The notes under the pieces were generated by a model. That model saw nothing but the letters and a program-made list of their open reading frames with translations. It did not search any database and was not told the DNA's origin. DNA of 64,000 bases. Source: Ascidiella aspersa. Its lineage: Eukaryota. Position 1 is the first letter of the stretch. Each line of letters begins with the position of its first letter. The stretch covers positions 4,650,001 to 4,714,000 of the forward strand of contig OZ004607.1 in the NCBI GenBank assembly GCA_963924565.1, in the 5' to 3' direction. Made by a program: the position numbers and the translations under genes. Positions 37,901 through 49,900 of this stretch are shown piece by piece.

Positions 37901-40900
37901 CTTTTCTTGTGAGAACTGTCGCGTCCACATGTTGTGTAATTACAAGTGGCGAGGGCTTTCTTCTGAAGTTCCCAGCGCCGCGCAAGGCCCTTTTCGCCGT
38001 ACAGTGTCGAACGTGGCGCAATGGACCCGAACTCACGACATCGGCCGCGCGATTTCGTGTGCTTAACAACAACCTGCCGCTGCCATATTGACGAGGTCGC
38101 GTCGTCACAGCAGCTAACCGTACATAGGCGCCGCGGCCGTGTGAGAAAGTGGCGATCCCGCTTCGCGCCGGTCTAAATGCCGCCCTTATTCGGTTTAAAA
38201 GCGCGCCCGCTACAAGATTGAGGGATTATTGCGTATACAAGGTGGTGAGAAGCGACCCCGACACCCCTCACACCGGATGCGACGACATTTCCCCCTTGTT
38301 AAACCCTAGAAACGGCCTTCGCCATTTCTTATTTATCAGCGACAAGTGAACCTGGCCGCATGGAAATTCACTCCGCGTTTTGTCAACAAGTGTCGCTTTT
38401 CACCTGAACAACCGATCGCCAACAAGGCCGTAGTTCGCGCTCACACGTCACATGCGCGATGGCGAAACAATTCGCGATCTATTACGCGATTAAGGGCTTG
38501 TCCAGGAAACGAACGAGTGCCTATATTAGGTGGAAAGACCCCAGCTTTCTTTCTGTTCGCTAGAAGCGCCGACGACTGCCATTAGGGCGAAATAAACTTG
38601 GTTATAGAGACTCTCGTTTGGTAATTGGCAATTAGCAACTGTCCCGATGGCGCTAATGACACCTTTGCTAATGTAAAGTGCCGATCACTTACAAGGAAAA
38701 ATGACGTATGATATAGAACGTCAACAAATCAAGAAGGACGATTAGCGCTAATGTGGGCGCCGAGGAAACGTAAACATCTTCCTGCGGCAAATGTACAACA
38801 TGCTGTAAAAGTGGGCGGTGAAAGAGCAGGCCGTTGCGCTCCTTCCCAAGTGGAATCGTTCGCGACGCTAATAACTCACGTGGGCGCGCGGGCAAATTGC
38901 GCGACGCCGGATAGCGACACATTACAATAAGCGACACGTCAAGTTGCCAAGGAAAATCGTTTTTAATCGGCAACAACGCGCCATTTGCGGCCGGCCACTT
39001 ATTGCGCGGCGGCCCTGGTGGGACCCGGCGCCAATCAATCGAAAATGGGTCGCGTCGTATATATGGAAATCTGCCGCGCGGCCCTTTGGCCAAGTCCCAC
39101 AAGAGGATGAGATCTGCGGCTGCGTGAAAAGGCACAGCCGCGCTGCGTCCATTGCAAAGGAAGCGATCAGCGTGTAAACCCGCGCGTAAGCTTCAAACAA
39201 TTGGGGTTATAGCGACGCCGAAACCCCCAAGGCCCTATCTATGGCCCCGGCCAGTCTGCACGGAAGCAGGGGCGCTGGATATCCTGACCGGACGGGATGC
39301 AGCTTAAGGACCGGGGTAAACAAACCTCCCTGATTGTGCAAAATCGATCCCTTAAGTGACCGCTCAGTTGTCGGACACATCCGCTTTAATACTCCCGACA
39401 GGACTGTTAACAAACAAAGTGACTATAAGCAAAATGTAAGACAGGGTCAATATATTTGCTACTTAAATCAGGGCACAAATATACAACTATGAAAAATAAT
39501 ATCGGCATGCTTTTTGATGTGGCTTGTTAACTTTGTTTTGCCACAGACTCGTTTAAATATATATTAATTTATTTAGTCCAAACTCTTATCACGGTTGTAA
39601 CATTGTTTTCTATAGTCCCATAGCGTCATAATAGATAACATTACCGGTGTGGTATGCGAATTCCGATGTAATTTCATGCCAAAGCCGTATCTCGACGCCA
39701 TATTGTAAAGGTTACGAAAACTCCCTTTATAGTCTTCATCGCAGGCCGCCGCGGCATTTCGGGATATCGCCCAACGGCAAAAAAGTGGTTCTTTGTTAAA
39801 GGCGTTTATGGCCAAATCGGGAAGTGCGAACGTATCGTCCTGCTCCAAGCTTCCGTCTTCCGTTTCAAAGGTTGTCGCTCGCGATACGATCGTCTATCGC
39901 CTGATCCCCATATCATTTTTAATCCGCGGGGCCGTGCACCCCTCTCCATTGCTCGACAACCGACCCATACACATCCATCGGAGCGGGTGCGTTTTGTGCG
40001 AGAGGCAGCAACAATAAATACCTCGCTAGAGATAATAGCGTTCGACTTGCCAAGTGTAAGACGGTGTCGAAAGGCCACGGCGTAAGCGTACACCCTTCCG
40101 TCGAGGGACTTACACTCGCGGGTCGCGTGTTTTCGCAACACTTTTACAAGCGCGCGAACCGCTGTAACGCACATCTGCCCTAACCGTTTGACACGGCCAC
40201 TTCAAAACGAGTCGCCGCCCTTTTGCCGAGCAACGCAATTTCAGTGACGCCGCCGTCCGCTTTGGGGACATGTAAACTGGCAAAAAACAGGGTCAAAAAG
40301 ATAAGAAAGACGGCCATCGTGAGGCTACACGTTCTCTTCGTGATATTTCGCTTCGAGCGTAGATCTAGCATCGCTAAATATCAACCTGTTTTGACTCGTT
40401 AAAGAGTTCTTTTTTGATTGGCGAGCGTACAGAAAAAAGCTAAAACTGAGCGGCGAACGGCGGCATCGCTCAATATCCGCTTGGTCTGACTCGTCAAAGA
40501 GTTCTTTTTTTGATTGGCGTGCGTACAGAAAAAAAAACTAAAGACGAAGGCAGAACGGGATTTACCTGTGGCGTTTGTGGCCTGGTAAAGGTCATGTGTT
40601 GCCCGGTCCGATAAGGAGCGACTTTTTCACGCCAATTCGCGCAGGCGTCGAGATGACATCGATAAGGGGCGTACGACGAGCTCGAGTTTCAAAACTTACA
40701 CCAAGCGAGGCGGCGCCAGCGTCACGGCGACGGGGTCTGTCAAGGCCATGGTCTGGAACTTGTGTACGGTTTGCATACAATCGCACCTACACCAATAAAT
40801 CGCGGAGTTTAGCGATTTTACAGCCATTTTCGCCCCGATTGCGTCACTACGGGCGTTGGAAGCGCGTTTAGGCATCGAATCACCGTCCATATTTACCACA

Positions 40901-43900
40901 AATTATAAATAGCGTCTTCTGGTCATCCAAGCACGTCAAAGGGTGTCGGTTTATACTGGGCGCGGGTAAAAATATTTAATCAATACCCGAGGCTTACTCC
41001 AAGTTTCGTTAAACCCTATTACAGTTGGCGCCTGTGCGCGGCTTTCTTTTTTGAGCCAAGGGGCCCCAGTCCCCCATTACATCGTTATATGGACGCGTTC
41101 TGAACGCTAACCAATATCGACCGATATCCGTCAATTAGCGTTTGTGTTCTTGGTACTTAAGGTCGGGTTATTAGGCGCGCGCTCGTCGCCGCGCCAAAGG
41201 TAACAATTACAAGCGCGTCGGTGATGTAATGGGGTCGTGATACGTCGCTGTGCACATTACATGTGTTTAAAAGAGCGACTGGTGCTGTAGCAGCAGCAGC
41301 GATCATATCCAAACATCCGAGCGCTTACTTTGAACCTGCTCGAAAATTGCCAATTTTCGAACAACAGCGACACTTTAGGGGGCCGCACAATGGTCCCGGG
41401 GGCTGGGCTCGAGTGTTAATGGCGCCTTGCCACCCACACCAGCCTCCCCCTAGTTCCTTTGTGCGCGCATAAGTGCGGTTTCGGGGCAACCAAAACAAGC
41501 AGCTTTGATACCTGGCTCCAAAACTTGACCGCCCGGCTTGGAACAACGGCGACGTGACCGCATGCCCGGATGGAAAGGTTACCCCGGGTCAAGCGGCAAA
41601 TTAGCAAGCTAGGGAGGTTGACAGTTGTAGTAAAGCCCCCTAGTTCCTGATGGCGGGATGGCCATAAGCCCACAGCCCTAAGCGACGCGGTCATCCTCTG
41701 TTGGAAACGCGAAACAAGAAACGGAAACCTAGATATGTCGAGCTCGCCGTTTCCACGCCGGCTTCCATAACCGAAACGACGGTGGCGGCGGCCGTGGCGA
41801 AAAACATAACGCATTTATCAGCCGTTGATTTGGCGTCGAGCGCCCCCTATCGCGACGGGGATCGCGCGCTTTGTCGCCCCGAGCCAGGAAATACCCACTT
41901 GGCCCCACTTGCCCGCATTTCCATAGAACCCAGTCTGCTACCCGTCAAAATTTTTGCCGAGTGTTTTCGCCAGAGTTATGTATTTGCGCCAACTCCGTTG
42001 TGCGAAGTTAAGGCGTTGGTCTAGAATCCTACCACAACGAACTCTATTTGGGTTAGCGTATGGGTTTGGGTAGGTTAAGCAATATTATTGAATAATATTG
42101 CTTGACCAACCCTCATCCAAACACTAACCGACACCCTGACCAAAATCTTGTGCGTTGCTTTAATAAATGTTTCAACGCTGTGGTAGGATTCTAAACCAGC
42201 GCCGAACTTGGCCCTTGCCGGTGCTCCGGCTCGAAATTGTAATTTACCAAAGTATGCCTGGAAGGTTGGCGGCGCCCAGACCGTTTAGTTTTCATTTCCC
42301 AAGCGATGCGGCGCATATGTGCAATCCGACATGGGAACTTCATGCTTTTGTCTGACACCGAACACGAATGATTGCAGTTTTGCCGAAACAAAGCGTCCCA
42401 CTGATTATGGCGACTACTGGGTATACAGCGATAGGGTACTACAAGTAAGCAAAACAGTTCGGGCGCGTTAATCTCCAAGGGCTTTGCGTGCTGCGAGTTA
42501 TTAGCTCCCGCCACCAAAGTCGCCTATAAATCGCACAAATAAACAAACAAGCCGCGTAAAGCAGCTCGCAATTGTGCGCGAACGAGCCCGAGCCTCGCAG
42601 CGCAATTAACTTTCTAGGCGGGAGACGCGCGTAAAAAGCTCAAACTTGTTTTCCAGCGCGCGCGGGATTACACAAGTCCGTCACAGCAGCAGCGACATAA
42701 TTAAGGGCGGCCGTTGCTCTTTATTTGGCGAGCCAGGGGCCCGTCGCGATTTCGGTTTATTGTTCTACTGAAAAGACGAGCGGTTGCAATAACACGGCCG
42801 GTTTATTTATTTGTTTGTGCGCCTTGCGGCTCGCGCCTGTGCTTTAGCATGTGTATCCAGACGAATTGCTGGCGCCACTGGCCTGTGCAGCAATTTGCCG
42901 GCGACAATTTGCTCCGGCCTTAACGGGACCACCTCACCCGCAAACCTTTCATTCAAATTTCGATTCGTATCGACTTGAACATGAGCTCTGTAAACACACG
43001 ACGTAATTTCAACTGTGTGTTTGTCGTTTTAAACGATCGGTTGCGTACAGTTGCACACTATAGGAAGCGAGGGATCATCAATCGATTGTCGTTATTTGCT
43101 TTACAAATCTTACCCAGGCGTCGCTTCGAATCAGCCGTCAAGGGTCAGTGACGCTTGACGTCATGCGTTGACGTCACGGGGAGAAACAGGCGAGCCCAAG
43201 GTGGCCGGGCGGATATTTACATTAATTATTGGTTTTTAGGGGGGCTGTCGTTATTTTAGTCAATGGCGCTTCTGCTGTCAAAGTTGCTTCAACATTGAGC
43301 GACGCTACAAAACGAAAAGGGCTTCGACTGTCGGCTCGCGAAAAGCCGGTGGGAATTATCGCGACGTCGCCGACGGCCGCAAATGTGACGGGGCATTAAA
43401 TCGGCTCTTCGCAGCGCCAGATATCGACTTAGCACGGGTTAAATGAACATGTTCGGGCTGGCTGCGGATCGATGCAGGCAACGCGATTACCACGCGGTTC
43501 GCAAACGAAACGACTGGGCACCCCTCCCCATCTCCCCATGCCCCCTTGCCAGCAACGGCCTGTTTGTTTTACAGTGGCAAACTACTGTTCCCTGGCAGCG
43601 AAAGGCGCAAATCGCTTTGTCACGCCGCCATCTTGAAAAGCCGATAATCGTTTCGACTGGCGATCCTCGTGGCTGCTGGAGTAAGTCGACAGATTAATCG
43701 CTGGGCTTAGCCACCCCGAACATCGCGCCCGCGTATTCTAATCACGTTTACGCGACGGGGCGGCGCCACAACGCTGCATTTCCCAAGTTTTGAAGCCGAA
43801 TTTTTCTGACCCTGACCCTTGATCTGTAAGCCCCGTGTGGCGAATCGATGGGTGTTTCTTGCACCCGACAAGGCGATGTAAATCGTTACAAATAGCGTAA

Positions 43901-46900
43901 ACGATTTTTTGGTTATCTTGAGAGTCCGAAATGGAATATATATTGGTCGTTCTGAGCGTGTAAGTCAAATAATCTCTATCGTTGTACTAACGTTTTTAAT
44001 CCAACAGAGGGCACCACCAACAATCTGAAGAAAATATATTTTTTGACACTTGTAATCACACATAGTATAAGTAAATATTTAATATAGGCTTTAATGTTAA
44101 ACGTTCAGTTGACCAATAAGTCCTATTTTTGTCATGCGACGAAAAGTCAGTTTACCACAGAGTCCTATTTTCGTCATCCGGCAAAACAGTCAGTTTACCA
44201 ATGAGTCCTCTTTTTGTCATGCGGCAAAATAGTCAGCTTACTTATGAGTCCTCTTTTTGTTATGCGCAGGCGAATGTTCCCATCGTTCAAAGTGCGTGTA
44301 CGTGGTCTGAGCAAGAACGCCAAGTACATCATGCTGATGGACATCGTGGCCGCCGACGACTGCCGCTACAAGTTCCACAACTCGCGATGGATGGTGGCCG
44401 GCAAGGCGGACCCCGAGCTTCCCAAGAGAATGTACATCCACCCGGACTCCCCCGCATCCGGAGAACAGTGGATGAACCGGCCCGGCGTGTCCTTTCACAA
44501 GCTCAAGCTGACTAACAACATCGCGGACCCCCACGGACATGTAAGTCGTGGAGAGACTTTATATTCTTTGGCTTTATTGTTTTCTTGTTTTGGCGGACGA
44601 TGGCGAATCAACAGATAACACAATCGGCTTGCCATATCTGATTTTGGTATAATTAGTAAAATAGAGTCTAAATACGTTCAGTGCTAAAGCATCTTATTTT
44701 TAATTGAACTCTTTTTTTAAATTGATTGCTTCTTAAATAATTCACTAATATTTCAATTAGGCCCTCACTGACCCCCTAAAACGATAGTTCACGGACTTCC
44801 AAGGGCTTCATGAACCCCAGTTTAAGTACCCTCGTCTTAGTTGATGAACAGAGAGGAGTTAACAGCAAACATACACACCAATTTTGTAGGTCTATGTTAC
44901 TGGGTACATCTGTCATAAGGTAATGACAGCAATAGCATGTGACGCACTGAATTTTTTTTTACTCCACTGGCCACTAAGATATTTGGGTATATTTGATCTA
45001 GTAAATAGACTTGAAAGGAAAGAGATTATTTTGGGATTTTAAGTTTAACTTTCTTTAAAAATAAATGACGGGTTTGGTAATGAATTGCAAAGCCAAAAAA
45101 ATCATCTTGATTAAAACATTTCAAAACGATGTTGTATCATCTTTAGCTCGTATCGAAACGTCTTTATCAAGATGATGTCGATCTACTCGACCTTTTTGGC
45201 TTTGCAATTCATTATCAAGCTATATTACAGATCCGTGCATAGTGTACCCAAATGACGGGTTGTCTAACATTTCGATCTTGAACTTGAATCTATCGATACG
45301 GTCGCCATTTTGTTTTGCCTTTTTCGTCGAGGTTTTGGGCGGCTGACGTTTTCTCGGTTCGTCACCACTAATCGATTTCTTCGTGTTTGCTTCACCGTCT
45401 TGCCCGGCCTTAATTGCTCTTCTAATAGTCGCCAATTAGTGCATCTCTCGCGACAGGATGCCACATGGTGATGTCGCGATTAATCGAGCGTCATTCGAAA
45501 ACGGGCGGCTTGCTTTAAGTTCTTTTAGGACAGGGGTTCTCAAACTGGGGTCTATGAATTCCTTGGGGTCCGTGAACTAGTCTTAGGGCTACATGAAGGC
45601 TTAATTGAAATATTAGTGTATATTTGAGAAGCAATCAATTTAAAAAAAAAACAGTTTAATTAAAAATAAAACGGATTTGCACTGACTGTGTCTAGACTCT
45701 ATTTCACTTTCACATTTTTGGACCGAAATCAACAGATTTTTGAAGTCCACTTGTATTGTGATCAATTCAATTATGCCGTCCTTTTTTGAAATTTTCTTCC
45801 TATTTGTCCACGCGAAGCAAAAACAAATTTTACGGGTCCATGATAAAATAAAGTTTATGAACCCCTGGTTTAGAAAAACAACAAAAATGAACAGGCACGC
45901 CAGAAGTCAAGTTGTGCCTTTTTTTCGATCAAATTATAGAGGTTTACGCGTCGCTTTACGAGGCGTCTCTTCGACTCCAGCGTTTGACAAAGATTTTAAA
46001 GTTGCTTGAGTCCCAGACTAACTCATTTCCTGAGCTAGCGCCGAATATATGTCGTTTTGGTGAGAAATGCGCTTAAGGGAGTGCATTTTAAAAGAATCGT
46101 ACGATTTTACTATGAGCATTTCAATTAAAATGGGAACATTCGCAAAGAGCAAATGGATTTGGTCAAACGTCAGGGAGTTAAAGGTACAAAGCCGGTGACT
46201 ATTTTCTCTTGCATGTAATGCCACCTAGCAAGTGTAATAAATAGAAGTAATTCCTCCATGAAAATCTATAGTTCGTAGCCCACAGCAGGCTCATGTCTTT
46301 GTCGTTTAATTTATAATTGTAGTTAAACCATTGAAGATCTGATTTTCGCTTGACTTATATAAAGCTCTCGGTGGGCGGTTGATGCTGTCATTGGCCGGTG
46401 GCCATATATAGAACTTCCCATTGTACAAAAAATAGAACTTCTAGGCTTGATCCAGCCAGTCCATTACACCAGCTTCCGCTGGAGACTGTTGCTTCTTGCC
46501 TGGCCGTGACCCGCTGCCCACTGGGCGACCCACAAATGTTCGTCGCTAATTTACAAGGTTCCGCGGCCCGGCGGGGTCTCCAGGCACCAGCGGCACCTAA
46601 TTGCCTCAGGCCAGCGCGCCCATTCATGTTCAAAAGGACACTTCAAACGCAAAAGCGGCCCGCTCCTGTTAACGTTTCGAAGAAGCTCCCTTTATAAGGG
46701 GCCTGGAAAAAAGGGCCGGCTACTTTTTTGCGTGTTTAAATAAAAAAAAAAACAGTGGCGTATTAATTAATCATTTAGTCTTATTACAAGTACGGACAGT
46801 CGGACATTCTAGCTATTTAAATTCCAAAGGTTGACTTTAGACCAATTTCCAACTTCAGTTCGCCTTGTTTTTTTACATTTTAGCGAAAAACGGAAATCGC

Positions 46901-49900
46901 TATAAATTGATCTCGGATGCAGGATTCAAAAACAGCAGTCGGTTGCATTTAAGACGGGCCACGAAAATAGGCACAACCATGGCCCATTTGTGTTACTAAA
47001 AAACACACAAACGGGCCTAAAAAAGAAGGCTTGCCAATAAAAATGCCATATCGAACTATACGTCGCAAGGCTGTCGGAAAGACACGCTTGTCGAGAAAGC
47101 TGGCGGCGGCGGCGGCCTCGGCTAATCTTCGCCTTCAAAATGCTGTCAGGTTGACCGGCGCCAGGTTAAGGTCGCCCACTACAGGGGGTCCCAGGGGTCC
47201 GCGACGCCGAATTAAGGAACGTGCGCGCAAGATTCAGAAGGCTTGTTATTCGTGTGTTGGTCGGTCGCCTTTCGTCGCTCGCCAGGCCTCTTGCGATGCT
47301 TTTGGAGCTGTGCCAACTATAACTTGTACCACTCGTTCGTTTCCTTTCCCCGCTGACCCGCGCTCGCCTAAAGAGCGCAAGGAACTTGAAAAGCGCTCGT
47401 TTCTTCCCTGACCCCTGGTAACCTTTTAGTTTTTTGGGGGGAGGGGAAGGGGGACCACTGTTGTGCGGTGATAATTAAAGGAGAGCTGGCAATGCTGTGG
47501 GTGAGAGTTTTGGGCTCTGCTAAGCCCATCTTGTGTTGTAAACAAGTGCGTATAGTTTCTATTTTTTTAATATATGGTAGTTGCAAAGTGCTGGCCCAAC
47601 AATTTAAGTAGTGTACAAATACAATTTAAAAAGCCACAGTTATACACCATCCCAATGCCAGTAGACACAGAATCTTTACAAAACACCCTGCCCTAAGTTT
47701 AACCCTATTTAGCATTTCTTAATTAATTTACACGACAAACAGCTATTTAGGCGTTGCCTCCACGATTTCCATTGGTAGAGGCCAAAGTCCCAGTCAGGTT
47801 TCCCTGGCGTGCATGTCCTATCAGTAAACGAGTGTTTTATCTTTGCGACACTCTTCGCCTGTTAACGCTCCCCCCTGTTGCTCGCTTACAGACCATCCTC
47901 AACTCAATGCACAAGTACCAGCCTCGCTTTCATGTGGTGCGATGTGGAGACATCTCGAAGCTGCCCTACTGCGCCTTCCGGACCTACGTCTTCAAGGAGA
48001 TGCAGTTTATCGCGGTCACAGCCTACCAAAACGAGAAGGTAAGCCCTCTCCTGCTGCTGCTATCTTGACAGCGCGACTAAACCGGACAAGAGCGAAAGCA
48101 CCGGCCGGGTAGATTACATGCCAAGCAGTAGGGTTATTAAGAGTGTCGCTTCGGCATTGGGGAAGTTTTTACGCTTTAGGAAAATGGCGATTCGCCTGGA
48201 ATAATACTTGGTATTGATGTTCCAATACCCGGTATTTTTGGTAAAATAGGTGCCGACCGATCTGAAACAAAATTGCAGTATTGTTACAATCAAATAAGCG
48301 CAATTGTACAAATTTAAAGTTATATGCCAATGTTTTTAAATGCATTGACCTATATAGTACATGCTTTTTCGTTAGGAAACTGTTTTATGTTTAAATTTAG
48401 TAAAACATAAGTCATTTTGTCTGCAAGGTAGAAAAAACGCAAAACGAGGCTGAAAAGCACAAATGATTTGGTTTCGGATCAGCATTCCTATATATACCAC
48501 TTCAATATGGCACAAGTACCGGTCCGCCATTACTACGTGTTATCGGGCATCGACTTCGATGCCTATGATGAACACACATAGTTAAGGTACCTCATCTACG
48601 CGAGATAATAACGAGCCATTAGATTTTCACTGGATTTCAAACGTGGCTTTCGAGTACAACAGTGGCGAAATTTTAGCGGCGTAGTTATTCGGGGCGGTAT
48701 ACCGAAATCATGCCGCCACCTTTAGGGCCATTAGGCGTCGTCCCGGCTTGATGCCAACCACTTACGCAGGCGCCTGTCCGGATCATCCACCTGGATCAGA
48801 AATGCGACGCATTTGAAAGGATTTGTTTTATCTCGCCCCATCCCTTCGACCCCTTACATGGCGTGGCCTCGAATACAGGACACATCTTCCTAGAGCGCTC
48901 AATTCGGGCGTAATACTGCAATGAAGAGTCTTTAAGGAGAGCTAGTGCAATGATTTTAAACTTAACATGCTCCATATAGGCCATAGGGTAATCAGGTGGC
49001 ACTATTTCGCACAACCGTGCTTCATCAGGTATAAGTATAAACGAAAACAATAAAAATCAAAAGTATAGAAGCACATGCATATAGTGCCACCTTATTACCT
49101 TATTATAGAATTAGACAAATGCGGGCGTTTACAAAGATTTCTATATTTCCAAAAGCTCGCTGTTTCTGCACGTTTGAAAGCGCGAAAACGCATAACCTAT
49201 GTAGGCTTTGCGCATCACAAACAACCTGTAGTTTACAAGTGGCTCAAACCACACATGCCAGTGGTATGCCCTGGGCTCCATAAACAAGACAGCGAAATCC
49301 TTAGCGTTCGTCACCCCAGGCCCCGTCAATGTGTCGCGATGGCGGCGCTGGACAAAGGAATGTTTTCAATGAAGGGATTAGCGTCCGGCAGCTTATCACG
49401 ACGCCTCCGTGGCCCGCGTGTGCCCAAATTCCGCGCCTCCACTTAGGCGGACCCCCCTCGACAGGGCTTTGATGTCCATTCGGCGTGAGTAGGGGGTGTT
49501 GGGGTGGGGGGAATAAGGGCGTCGCGCCAAGGCGGAAAGATTATGTCACCTCTGGCGCGCTCGAAAAAAACGCGACCCTCTTGAGCCCCAAATTGCGATA
49601 TTAGAGAAATTGTTAGCGCTCGCCCGACACCAGCTATAGATGCGAATGAAAGGCGAGCGGCTTTGCCGGTTTCGCTCGTGATAATAGCGACGCCTTTGCT
49701 ACACCGAGCATTGTTATCCCTATATCCCGTAAACTGCACATAATGGGACCGCTCAACTAAAAATAGCATTCGTCGCCTTGGATGTTGGCCACCAGCGTCC
49801 CATTAAAAGTTACCTTTGATAGGGGCAAAACACCAAGGTATGTTCAAGTTAAGCTGGAACCCAATCTGGCACCTTACATACAGCGCTATACGATGGACCA

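Noticed and set aside
44105-44269. CRISPR-like repeat array
   Set aside because: The units are contiguous with no unique spacers, the context is a eukaryotic intron, and there are no cas genes.
47751-47891. Open frame upstream of exon 3 suggesting a TBX3+2a-like extension
   Set aside because: The in-frame upstream AGs (ending 47750 and 47780) have poor pyrimidine tracts, and the peptide shows no recognisable similarity.
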